Origin: Klebsormidium nitens
Lineage: Eukaryota; Plantae; Klebsormidiophyceae
Direction of reading: 5' to 3'
NCBI GenBank assembly: GCA_000708835.1
Contig: DF237630.1
Coordinates: 1-43,922 of the forward strand
Length of the DNA: 43,922 nt
The notes beneath the pieces were generated by a model. It was not told the origin of the DNA and did not search any database. It saw nothing but the letters and a program-made list of their open reading frames with translations. Positions 10,601 through 22,200 of this stretch are shown in pieces (position 1 is the stretch's first letter; every line of letters starts with the position of its first letter). Both the position numbers and the translations under genes were made by a program.

Positions 10601-12959
10601 CAACACTCGGTTGAAGACAATTCTCCAAGTAGAGTCCTACGATTCAACCATTTGGACACAAAGCAGCTTCACGTTCTTTCTGAGGGAGGTGCCAATATGA
10701 CCAGCGGAGGTAGCGGATTCCTCGTGCTCAGGGCTGTGCACTTCTCCAGAAATCGTTAATGCAACATACACTGGTCTCTGTTCCCTCTGCAGATCTGCTT
10801 ACAAGGAGACTATGTTGAAGCAGCGAAACCTTACAACTGGCGTCTGATTCTTACAAGAGGCGTCTGATCCTTCCAAAAGATTCGTTCATCTCTCACTAGG
10901 AATAGCCTTCCGAAGTTCGGTGCAACGAATGCCCCGGACCGTCATACCTACATGCACATCAGGAACTCCAGGAGGCGTGAAAGCATTACGGCACCTACCG
11001 GATATCCTCTCCTTTGACGGGCTGCCTCCTTCCCATTCCTCCGAAACCCCCCATGCCTCCCATTCCACCCATACCCCCCATGCCTCCCATGCCTCCCATT
11101 CCCCCCCGGAAGAACTGCTCGAAGATGCTCATCGGATCCGCCTGTGCACAGCCAATCAAGAATGCACGCATGAGCAAATCTTCATAATGACGCGACACAC
11201 TATGTTTCGTCACGCCACAAGGTTGCCGCGCGGTTCAAGCTGGTAGAGAACGGGCTTTATTGACTCTACAATGATGCAGTGTCAAAGACAATCTCTACCA
11301 CTTAGTTCGAACTCGTGGTGAAGGACACACCATCCTCATCTCTTTATCCTGCCTCGTTGGTCCAGCAAAAGGGCCAGATTGACTCCTCCCAGCACCAGAT
11401 CCTTGAGCCAAAAGGACATAGGCTGTCCATGGTTTGGTTGTTGGCAACTGCTTTGGGGACCACAAACAGCCTGCTAGACCCTCACCCCGTAAGCACCGCC
11501 CCCGCCCATGCCACCACCTTTGAGGCCTGCCTCCCCGTACTGGTCGTAGACTGGCCGCTTCTCATCGTCTGAAAGCACCTGCACATCATCCACACAAGAT
11601 TGACTAAGATCAGGATTTAGAAGCTCAAAGTTGTCCTTGGCTACAGCACAGACAGGTGAATCCGGTTGTTCACAACAGACCACAGGAAAGGGGATGCTGA
11701 TTGGAAATTTCCATATAGTGATAAACCCACAAAGACGCCACTGGATTCAGATTCAAAGAACAGGACTGGCAGCATTCCAGGCGCAATTGGCTCTTCTTGT
11801 GGCCTCAAAATCACCAAAAAGATGAATGCCCGGTCCTGAGCTGTCTTTGGATCATCCAAACAATCTGCTGCAATCTTCAAAGCGGAAGTCCTGTCTTCAT
11901 CACACCAAGGTTATCTTCTACGCATAAAGCATAAACTGCGCACACTTCAATCATCCGCGTCTCATCGCACTGCAGAACACGGTAAGATGACAGCATGCTC
12001 ACCTCGTATGCATTGCTGATGTCCTTAAACTTTTGCTCTGCACCGGGTTGCTTATTCACATCCGGGTGGTACTGTCAGGAACAATGCGATATGCATCAAG
12101 AGCCAATCACCACCCTCGTCGATGGCATCAGCTAAACCTTGCTAATCTGGCAATCTAACCAGATCAACCTGGTCAAAATGACTTCAAACAAGGCCGACAG
12201 AGAAAACTTGGGTCTATTGCAAGTGCAGTGAGAGTGCCTCCATTTGACATTCTTGAGCTCCATGTCAGCCGCGTAGGTCTCCGTGTAGTGCATAGTCCGG
12301 ACAGATAAATATACATTGGATGTCGGCAGCCGAATGCAGAACAAGGTCGCCAACAACACAAACATGTGATTCAAAGCTATTACTTATGAGGAGATGGTAA
12401 CGGTGAAGAGTAACAGCTAAGAAGTGATTGGTTGGAAATGCTGCAACTACTTTTTTCTGCTGCAGCTTTGTAGGTTGGCTCTGCATCCAGAAAAGGGAAG
12501 ACACTGGCAGAAAAGGTCAAGAAGGGCAAACATTCTCACCTGCCGCGCCAGCTTCCGGTATGCGCTCTTGATCTCCGCCTTGGATGCACTTTTTGAAACA
12601 CCGAGTGTCTGATAAAAGTCTGCCCGAGCGCCCCTGCTGACCTTCGTCCGGCCACCATGCCGTTGTTTCTCCTTCTGCATCATAGTATGCAGCAAAAACC
12701 AGTCGCTTCCATTGCCTGTCAAGAAACCACATTGGCTGCCCCTAGCAACGGAAGCAGATGGAAAGGCCTGCGGGCGTAGCAATCTATTTGTTGGATGACA
12801 CAAAACATTGACTGTGTTTGGTTGTTCATTTGAGTGTGCATATCCGCTTGTATGTATTGATCGACTGTGGCTGGAGCGGGGACCATTTGCGGATAGAGGA
12901 AAGAGGCTCGCTGGCGAGCTCAAACCAGTTGCGGCGCCCAATGCCGCTGTCGGCGCCAT
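7624..12959 (-). CDS. DNAJ: Type I (DJA-class) DnaJ/Hsp40 co-chaperone, likely plastid-targeted, with long basic C-terminal extension (~678 aa, 9 exons)
   Basis: complement(join 12959-12540, 12071-12003, 11578-11486, 11141-10999, 10497-10302, 9892-9717, 9429-9300, 8872-8712, 8272-7624), 2037 nt in frame. J-domain ([31 protein letters not shown]), G/M-rich linker, four CxxCxGxG motifs ([32 protein letters not shown]), C-terminal domain ([24 protein letters not shown]) and a Ser/Ala/Arg-rich N-terminus resembling a transit peptide. Confidence 0.93.
9046..9345 (-). repeat. Three degenerate tandem copies (110-119 bp period) of the DnaJ exon-7 3' end plus 5' splice site
   Basis: GCGCCGGAAGCAAG(C/A)ACT..C.GTGAC recurs at about 9050, 9160 and 9279. 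The third copy is the real exon/intron junction at 9300/9299. Confidence 0.8.
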
Positions 12960-13664
12960 TGAGGATAAGGCCTTTCGATGCGGGCGGCCGCTGGTTCACC
13001 ACCTACACTCACAAGCTTCTTCTCTTCAAAGCCAGCCAAAAGCACCCTACCGACGTCATTACATGCTTGACAACTCCCTACTGTATGTGAACCCTGTGGC
13101 GCTGCTCACAGCTCTCCTGTTCCTCCCAAGTCTTCGTGCGGATGCAGTCCTGACAATGGATACTTCTCTTATACTAGGTAATAGCCCTTGCGAATCAAAG
13201 GCATGGGGCGGCGACAATCAGAGATGGAGACCGCTGGCACTGCAGAGTCGACTGCTAAGTTCTTCAGACTCCAGACTTCTTCGTCCTCCTCACACCCGCA
13301 GAAACTTTTCGCCAATCAAAGTTTTTAACACTCACAAAGTTCTGAACACTTGATACCGAACTTTGCCCGCCTCATGTCCAGCTAACTTATCACAAAGTTA
13401 CTGCAAAGTTGATGACGTGTTCAACTTCTGAAGTTCGGGCGCGCCTTCACCTTCCGCAGAAGCTGGCATACCGCATCATCATGGCAGCATTCTGAGTGGT
13501 ACAAAGGCGGTTTTTATCCTTCCCCTCTTCTGCAAATGGGTTACAGGCAAGCTAATGGGAGAAGCATACTTTTGCTGCTCAGCTAGCCGCTGCCTGCGGA
13601 ATCAATTTTGCAGAACTTGCCAAGAGGCTGACGAGGTTGTGAGCTGCTACACGTAACGTACAAC

Positions 13665-16600
13665 ATGGAGTTGGCGGCGGCAATTAGTTGTTCGGGGCCT
13701 GCAGTCTTTCCAGCTCTGCCTAGAGGGACTGCGCAATCATGTCAACAGTCCGCTGCCTCTGGGGCCTGTCTACATTCCACCAACTCTGGCGCCTTTCATT
13801 CAACCACTCGAAGCGGCCACGTATTGAGACAGCTACAATCCTGGAAGAGACTCAACGCTTTGAGAGAGGAGAACTCAATGCACGGCCCTGAAGTTGGTAC
13901 AGCAAGCAGGCAGTGTAGATTTAAGCAGCGCATAATTAGAAAATCAAACCGGTCTGGTCAGAGCTTAATCACTTGTAGAAGCAGTGCCTCGCAAGAAGCG
14001 CTCCCAGCGCCTCCGGAAACCTGGCCCATCGAGCCGCCACTGGAGAAAGTGGAGCACGAGCGGTACATGTACCCGGCGGACACTCTGCCCGGATACGTCT
14101 CCCACAGCAAGGACCCGCGCGTGCCTGTGAAACATAAAACGGTGAGTGGACAACCTCCAATTTCTTCACTTCATGAGTCTTCACTTCATGAGTGTTACCA
14201 CCTTATACATCGCGGAATGCATGTGCGCCTTGCAAGTGCATATAGCTAGGAGCATGTGAAGCTCCTCTCTTGCAATTCCATCTCGTGATTTTATTCCACT
14301 TTGCACGGGTGAGTGTTGAAGAAGGACTGCATTCCCAGAACTCCTGCTTAATCGAAACATCTCGATCCATGATCAGTTGGTTAGCAAGCCCTAATTGGTG
14401 GTAAAGGTGCTATTTCTGGCCCCTGTTTGTGCTGCCACTCGCGAGCAAAACGCTATATCTGGAAAGACTCCGCTTATCTCAGAGGACCTTCTTTACAATG
14501 CAGAGTCAAGATTGCCTTGTGCCTGCCCTTCTATTCATCTTCCAGGAGAAGACTTATTAACCAGAGTGGAATGTTCTGGTAAAAAGCCCAAAGGGCTGTG
14601 GGCAAACCTTAGCCTCTGACATACTTTTCAGTTAGAGTAATTTGTGGGTAAGCTCGCATTCAGCTGGGGCCTCTTTTGACCATCCCACATCTATGATCTG
14701 GCACTGTCATACTACAAGTTACTTCCTGCTTATAAGAATCATTGCCCAATCGTACGTCTCTGTCACTTGTTCGCCATATGGCGCCACCACCAGTTAGTCA
14801 CCAGAGATTCTTACATCCCGTTCGACGTCCATTCTCCTAGTTTGCTGACAAATGACAGCTTCATGTGGGAAATCACATCCTAGCTTCCCGAATATACATG
14901 GCAATTTCTTGTCTCCTTCTTTGTGCTCAGATGGCAATCAGGTGAATGCGCACAACAATATCTCAAAACATATGCAGTCTGACAGGTGCAGGTGTTCCGA
15001 ACATGCTTACAGTTTTCAAAGCTCCAATGCTGCCAATTGCGGCATCATGGTAAACAACCTCTTGGCACGCGACTTTACCTTCCAACCTTTGCGGGTTCAC
15101 AAATGCCTTGTTTCTCTGAAGCGCTTCCCTTCCGCCCCCCATCATACGCTGCTATGAAAGAAAATTCTGTGTCTTGCTGACGACTTACAGCGCCTTCTCA
15201 GAGCTGGCATTTTTTTGTTCACCTGCCCCAAACCCCCTCCATGACTCTTAAACCCCTTTTGAGAGGCCAGCTCCCTGATCCTCTTTCCTTAACAAAACGG
15301 GTTTTGTGCTAATAATCCTTTCAAACACTCCCGCCAGTCCCACCTGCGCGTGCGCGGCGCCGTCGGCTGCGGCCTCTGCCACTGGATCGGCGACATCTGC
15401 TCCACGCTCAAACTAGACGGGTGGGTAAAAGAGCTCGACTCCAAGAACATGGAGATCGTCGCCTCAGGCCCCAGCACCGCCATCGACTGGCTCGTAGGGA
15501 CGCTGTATCGGCATCCGCCCGACGCAAAAGTGTTCCAAGTGGTCGAGAGCCCGTACTACGAACCAATCGAGCAAGGGTTCACAGTGCACGAGATTGACGA
15601 CTCGTGGGTTCAGGGGGGGCACGAGGAGATGCGCGGGACTGAAACGTTTGACGTGAGTTTTCGGGCGATAATCCGCCCAAAAGGGCGGACTTGACAATTC
15701 TCATGACATTATAGAAGTATCAGAGTCGATGATAAATGTGATTGAGATCTTCCCTGTACCAGTGCAAGCACAGGGATGTAAGCACAGCTAGGGGCCAGCC
15801 AGAAACGCTCGCTTCCATCGACGACAAGCATCACCTCCAGGTTTAGTTGTTGGGATCGTTGACGGTCCTCACGTTGGCTGCTCTCCCATCCTCGATTTGT
15901 TGCTCTGGTGGGAACATTTCGGAAGGGCTCGAGTCACAGCCCCGCCGCCTCGGCAACATTTGTTTTTGATAAGTAAGCAAATATCAATTCTTTCGTTGGG
16001 GTTCGTTTTCGAAGGTACCCCAAAGCAGGGAACGCCCTTTTAAATAGGGCAGCTTCTTCAGGTTGCAATCGGCGTTGTGTCAAACCACGCATTACCGGGT
16101 CGTGCAGTTTTTCGGCGAGGAAACGATGGCTGCCCTGTGGACGGTGATGTACGAGGAGCCCGACCGGTTGGCGCGCGAGGCCATCGAAGCAGAAGTGCGC
16201 GAGCGCGAGCGCGCGGAAGCTGAGGCCGAGGCCGAACTAGACCGGCGGCTGAACTCCCGCAACGAGGACGAGGAAGATCCGGATTTGGACTTGCTTTCGC
16301 GCGCGCTCGAGGACGAAGAGGATGGGTCGGGGCTCGATGACTTGAGTCCCCGGAGCTTCAGGAGGATCGAGGCGGAGCAGGCCCGGCGGGCGAGTGTGCA
16401 GAAGGGGGGCTTCTTCGGGCTGGATGACGATAGCGAGAGTGAGCTGCTCGGGGCCGGGGCGATGCGAGAGGAAGATCTGTACCGCGAGGGAGGGGAAGGG
16501 GAGACGGAGGATGACGACAGCACGCTCCAAATGCTGATTGACTCGATCGCGAAGACGAAGGGCGGGGCGAAGCGGGTGGGGGGAAGGGCTGGGGCGCGGT

Positions 16601-17028
16601 CGAGGGGATCCCCTTCGAGCGAGGCGGCGTCGGGCGCTCGCCGCGGGGGCACCGGTCGAGACGAGTTGGGAGAGGAGATGAGCGACGAGGACTTTTTGGC
16701 GTCGCTTGCGGAAGGGAAGCGAAGAGAGGCAGGGTTGACTGGGGGTTCCAACGGCACGGACGACTTTCCCACCTCCCCGAAAGGATTGGGCTCTGGTGCG
16801 GGGACGAATGTTGTGAGTGCAGACGGAGTTGTGGCGGCAGTACCCGAGCCGAAAGTTACCCGGGGTAGGGGCCGGCCGCGGAAGGTGAAAGTAGAGGCGG
16901 ATGGGACGAGTCCGGTGGCGCTGACACCTGACGGCGCGGCTGCGCCAAAACCAAAGCGAGGACGGAGAAAGCAAGCTGCCGCAGAGAGCACGGATAAAGA
17001 GCCGACAGAGACTGCGGACTTTGGGTAG
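13665..17028 (+). CDS. Uncharacterised protein: putative transit peptide + acylphosphatase-like domain + acidic/coiled-coil region + AT-hook (~570 aa, 3 exons)
   Basis: join 13665-14141, 15338-15652, 16108-17028, 1713 nt, phase-0 GT-AG junctions. Exon 2 (HLRVRGAVGCGLCHWIGDICSTLKLDGWVKELDSKNMEIVASGPSTAIDWL...PPDAKV...GFTV) aligns by eye to the acylphosphatase family pattern. Exon 3 has E/D/R-rich runs and TRGRGRPRK. Extra small exons in the 1.2-kb first intron cannot be excluded. Confidence 0.8.
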
Positions 17029-17803
17029 ACGCTGCGAATGGAAGAGGGCCTGCTTGTGAACCGCACCTGTAACCTGAGATTTAAGTTCTCGGATTGCAAG
17101 TGATAAGGGCGTGAGTTGACATAATCACGTGTGTTGACGTCCACACAGCAAGTGCAAACAGCCGCTTATTGTACAACGTTCTGGTTTGTCATTGGCGGGT
17201 AATGTTTCAATCGGGCGCAATACTTATTGCAATTTCGTTTCTGGCGACACGTGACATGCAACAAGTCACGTCCGGCTGCGCATCAGTACATGTAAGACAT
17301 CCAAAGATCCTGAGTTGGCCGGAGGCTAGCATGATAACTTGAACGGGTACGTGTAAGTTCTGGGCAGTGCGCCAAAACTGGAAGCGATACATTTATGCGG
17401 TCACGCGCCTACCAAAATGTGACATGACCAGTAATGTGCATGCATGACGAGCTGGTTGCGAAATAAGCGGCCTGGAGAATAATCGATAACGATTCTCGAT
17501 CGAGAAAGTAGAAAACTCCAACCACTGAACATTCACATGCACGTACGCAATCCTGCATGATCGAGAATCACGTTGTCATGAAAAAACTCCAAATGATCAT
17601 GCACGTTCCTTGGCTCGGAAGGTCTTGCTTGCATGTGCACCCACTAGCTTCCTACTGTAACAACCCGGAACTTTCTATCAAGTACTACTATATGCGTCTA
17701 TCGATATACACCGCTCACAGCTGAACCGACTGAACTCTCTGCAACTCTCTGCAACTGAATAGCTGTCAAAGCATCATGTTCTGCACTGGAAGTGATCCGA
17801 GAC

Positions 17804-19003
17804 TCAAGGACTGGTCTTCGTGCTAAGGAGCTGGGCTATTTCGTCACACGTTGCATTTGCAGTCTGAGTCCACTTCAGCACTTTGTTCGTCCCAGAATTT
17901 TGATAGTAAGGAAGAAAAGGGTCCTCTTCTTTGTAGTTATCTGGCACCACCGTCATCTTGCCGTCAGATATTTGGTGTGCTAGATCTGTGTACCCACTAA
18001 ATCCCAGAATCATTATCTCGTTTGACGCCAAGTCCATCAAGTCCTGAAGGTCATTCCCTGAATCCACCAATCTGAACTCCCTCTCTAGACCCGACAGCAT
18101 CGTCATGTTTGCAGACTCCATGTAAACCGTCAAGCTGGCCATCATGTTACACTCTTCTAGTCTGCTCAATAGCCTCTTGGCTAAAAGCATTGAAATAATG
18201 CGTGTCGGTTGTTGAGACAGAATGGACTCTTGCATATCTCCCCACCTCAAGTGCAACCCCACGGACCCCTTGGTGGTCTTGACACCCTCCGACTCACTCC
18301 CCAGCAGAACCTTCCTTGTCCACCGCCAGGTACATCTGCTGAACGCGTACGACACTTCCCACGGCCTATCGTCCAGTATGACGTGACAGCTTTCGTAGAC
18401 GCGCAGGAGGGTCTTCCCCAGCTCGTCGTCCCTACTATCGCACCACGCTTCCAAGATCTTCTCGATCTCACCTGCCGGCAGGAGCATGGTGGCTCGACAC
18501 ACTGTGGGGTTGCTTGGCAGCTCCCAGCTGGAGTTGATGGCCCGGTTGATCAAGTCAGCGGGCGTATACCCATGGTCTGATTGTATTCCTGGAATGATCA
18601 GGCGTGCTTGCACCAGCTCTGCAAATACTGCGCTCCTTCTTGACTGGGCAAGTATGGACCCAAGACCTGCTGTGTTTGTCCCCTCCGTTCGGACTAACAG
18701 TCTCTTATGCACGTTTGAGCCAGCCTTCCCCTCTTCTTGTGAATCTTGTCCGTCCAGGTCTCTCTCGCTCTCGCTCTTCACACCTAGCTCACTCACTTCT
18801 AGGTTTCCCTGCTGCCCGTCACCTGCATATGAAAGGCCCCAGCTTGCCAACGCAGTGGCTTGGGGCTGTAATACAAATGCCAGGAGAAGCACCACAGACA
18901 TAAGGAGCATCCCAACAAAAACCCAACGAGTGCGTCCTGGTGCAAAAATTCCGGCCAAGAGACTGGTCTGCTTATCATCTTCACCAGCTTCAAGGGACGT
19001 CAT
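17804..19003 (-). CDS. Intronless type II membrane protein, glycosyltransferase-like (fucosyltransferase superfamily, 399 aa)
   Basis: Single 1200-nt ORF with an N-terminal hydrophobic anchor (WVFVGMLLMSVVLLLAFVL), an acidic stem, AGLGSILAQ (compare GLGNQLFQ), VGLHLRWGD (compare HVRRGD, the GDP-fucose-binding motif) and ILGFSGYTDLA (compare the terminal S-x-F/Y-S/T motif). The family assignment is by eye. Confidence 0.72.
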   Translation of the reverse strand: MTSLEAGEDDKQTSLLAGIFAPGRTRWVFVGMLLMSVVLLLAFVLQPQATALASWGLSYAGDGQQGNLEVSELGVKSESERDLDGQDSQEEGKAGSNVHKRLLVRTEGTNTAGLGSILAQSRRSAVFAELVQARLIIPGIQSDHGYTPADLINRAINSSWELPSNPTVCRATMLLPAGEIEKILEAWCDSRDDELGKTLLRVYESCHVILDDRPWEVSYAFSRCTWRWTRKVLLGSESEGVKTTKGSVGLHLRWGDMQESILSQQPTRIISMLLAKRLLSRLEECNMMASLTVYMESANMTMLSGLEREFRLVDSGNDLQDLMDLASNEIMILGFSGYTDLAHQISDGKMTVVPDNYKEEDPFLPYYQNSGTNKVLKWTQTANATCDEIAQLLSTKTSP

Positions 19004-19606
19004 CGTTGCAACGTGATAAGCAAGCTTGGCAATCTCAAAGCTACTCCTTTTGGCTTGCCCTGGGTAATATCAGCAACTCGGACCCTCTGCTATCTTCTCG
19101 GACCACCTTTTTCTGGAATGGCGGCAACAGCTTGTAAGGGGCTTGTAAGTCATACTTGGACCTTCTAAGTTCTTGAATCCTGTTCAAAACCCCGACTGGA
19201 AGCGGAAATCTCGAGAGTTGTGTTCAAGGCTTCAAGCTAGATATCTGCTAATACATGTTGGGAGGGACTTCGCGTCCAGATATGTAGTCCTGACTCCTGA
19301 TGTTGAGATCAGTGAAAGCTAGCTGCCAATTGTGACCTCCGACGGCGATGGGATCGGCTGCATGATGATCATGCTCCGCAAAACAAGAAAGGAGCGAGTT
19401 GGCTGTCTGACCATCCCATCATCAGGATTCGGGAAGGCGTTGAAGAGGTGCCACGGTACGTACCGAGATGGTTCAGCGACAATTCCGGGCCACTTGATTT
19501 CAGGCGCCCGCCCCGGACCAGTCACGGTGCTCCGACGGAGCCTGAAATCAAACTCAAGAAAACAAATAGTAAGCCGAGATAATGATAGTATGGAAAGCCT
19601 AGCACT

Positions 19607-20224
19607 GTGACTGGGTTAGTTTTGTGGTTAGGGTGGGTATGGGTGCGGAGCGGGTGCATTCTTAGGTTAGGGTTTTAGTGTTAGTTGGGCTGGAGCTTAT
19701 TATTATTTTGGCTTTACTCGGTATTATCTTTCTTGAGTTTATCCGCCTGGAGGCGCCTTGATCCAGGTCGCTGCGACACGTGGACGCATTGTTGGAGGCG
19801 CCTCTCGTGTGCATATCATGATGACGAGTCGGCTCCATCCGATCTGGCCCCATGATCATGCAGCTGAGTGCACTGATCGGCGTGCAACGCGTCGAAACCT
19901 CGCGCACATCGTTCGACACTGGCACGACTCGGAGCCGTCACTGCAGCAAGGGGTACAAAGAAACCAAACATTTTTCGGAATTGTACGCATGTCGGCGCTC
20001 GTCCGATAGTGGTAGGTACCGCACAGGCTAGATTCAAGTACCGTTGCAAGCTATGGTACCCACCACAGCTCGGTCCCAGTACCGGGCCAGTTTGCTACCG
20101 GGGATCCTCCGACCAACACTAAAAACCTAAATGCCATGACCTAACCCTAACCAACACCCTAAGTCGTTCCGCCACAACCCACCCCAGCCCACCCTAACCC
20201 GCCAACCAACCCCACCAAAGTCAC
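19607..20224. mobile_element. Putative non-autonomous (MITE-like) element with imperfect terminal inverted repeats containing telomere-like TTAGGG/CCCTAA motifs
   Basis: The left arm (19607-19690, GTGACT...GGTTAGGGTGGG...TTAGGGTTTTAGTGTTAGTTGG) is the imperfect reverse complement of the right arm (about 20110-20224, CCAACACTAAAAACC...CCCACCCTAACC...AGTCAC). No coding capacity and no clear target-site duplication. Confidence 0.45.
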
Positions 20225-22200
20225 TCGGCTGTGGCCAATAAACAGTGCCCGGTTACATGTTGCGTCAACGAGCATTCAATTCCCAAAAATGTTTGGCTTC
20301 TTTGTCCGTTTTGCGTCACTGCACCATGGGCCAGGCAAACGGCAGCCGACGGAGTTGCGCGCGGCCAATCTCACTGCATGAGCGGCGTTGAACGAAAAGC
20401 CGACAGAATCGAGGTTTAATATATTTCAGGTTTTTGGCTGACGCAGGCCGACCGCTTCATAGGTCCAGCCCATTGACCGGAAATCCCAGCCGGCAAAATC
20501 GGAACTCCGTGTCGAACGGGGCAATGTCACATGTGCAAGCGCGTCTCAGACAGGGCGGCCGTCGTGATCATTTGCGGCCATTGAACGGCTAGTCACTGTT
20601 CAGCTTTCGGCGCCATTTCCGGCACATGTTGGTTCCGGTACCTAGGTACCTACTATACTATTTTTGACCGATCCAGAATCACAAGCATCATGCTGCGCAG
20701 GTGCGCACTGCGCAGTGCGCGCCATTGCATTATGCATGGCGACCGCAACGGACGGCTAGTAGTAGCTACTACAGTCTACAGTAATACTCATACTACCTAC
20801 TACCCGTTCGACAAAGGTATGACTCGGACTAGGATAGAAAGAAATAGGTATGGTATATGCATTTGGAAATCTGGAAAATTGTGGTCCTATCAAACTCAGT
20901 CGGATTCTGCTTTTCCGAAATTTTGAACTTCAATTGCTATTTTTCGTTTGGAAATCAAAGGCAGCTAAGGCCGTATGAAGATCCAGTACGTACCTTTGAA
21001 CGTTATGCATATCAGAATTCAGATACCTATATGTGTACCGGGGGTACCTCTCGGCAGCTCGGATTTGGGATCGGAAAGTCGCATTTGCTGTTAGACTATC
21101 GGCCCTAATTTTGGAAATTTGCAAGAATGGATGGCGGGCAGAGCGAGAACCTTATTTCGGATCGTGTTCGGATCTAAGAGTAGGTTGACACCGGCTGTCC
21201 AGAATCACGTTCAGACAAGACCGGAACTGGAACTGGTGAAAGTGAGGGGCCTGGCGTGCTCGGTAGATTGTCTCATATGGTCCGGAAGACCTAACATCCA
21301 TGTCTTGGCTATAGCACACTAGTACTTATTAAGGCACACCACATTTGAATAGCAGCATCAGAAGGGCCTGGCCGGCGTGAATAAGTAAGGCCGGCTGTAT
21401 GCGGTTAGGTACACTCGCTCGAGTTGCCCTGTATTCGCACATAGCGCGCATTTGGCAGTTCTGCTTTGTCTTCGGGCAGAGTCAGTCAGGACACCCTGTG
21501 ATTACTTTGCGCGTCCGGAATCGAGAACTGCCGAAATCAGGCCCGATCCTCCCAATGATCATGACCGGTCGGACTCATGAGTACCACCACCCAGGCCTTA
21601 TTGAAGTCATGCACGAGGTGCGGCCCGGAAGCGTTCAGTCCGGGAAGTTCTATAACGAAAGGCTTGATATGTTGACTCTAATACTTCACATGTTGGTTAA
21701 GAATGAAACATGCGCGTACATGGTGTCACAATTGCGCGCTGCGGACCATCTGCATGCTAATGCATAAACACAAAGGCCCTAAACAAAGTTTGAGGTGCAA
21801 GCTCACATGACACAATTAAGATGGTCTATCCAATGTAAGTAGCGGTTTTAATACATATACGAACATGTGTATGCGCGCCATGCATTACAAAGTCCTGCAT
21901 CATCGACTTTAGAAGTTGAGTCCGCAGCTCTCTATACAGCATGCAGGCTGGCAGAGTATACGAGCTGCAGTGAGAAGCTAAACCAATTAGCTATCATGGC
22001 ACCCGGCTCATGAATGACAGGCGAGTCACTCAAAGCTCAAAAGCAAACATGAGCAAACGATCGTTGGAAAGTCTCCAAGATCGACCTCTTACATTGAGAG
22101 TCCACGTGGAAACAGGTCAATATGCAGCAATCGTGAATGAACCTAGCTGACTATTAGTACCGCCTTTATTTGTGGTAACAATTGGTTGGCAATCACAAAC

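Noticed and set aside
11030-11110. (GGM)n 9-bp coding repeat in DnaJ
   Set aside because: Ordinary G/F(M)-rich linker of type I DnaJ proteins.
14163-14193. 15-bp tandem duplication TCTTCACTTCATGAG in an intron
   Set aside because: Only two copies; a simple slippage event with no CRISPR-like spacers.
16092-17144. 350-aa and 245-aa minus-strand ORFs
   Set aside because: Antisense shadows of the acidic GC-rich exon 3 (Ser/Pro-rich mirror composition).
19607-20224. Possible true or interstitial telomere array
   Set aside because: The TTAGGG-like motifs are scattered and degenerate, not a tandem array, so I treated it as a repeat element instead.
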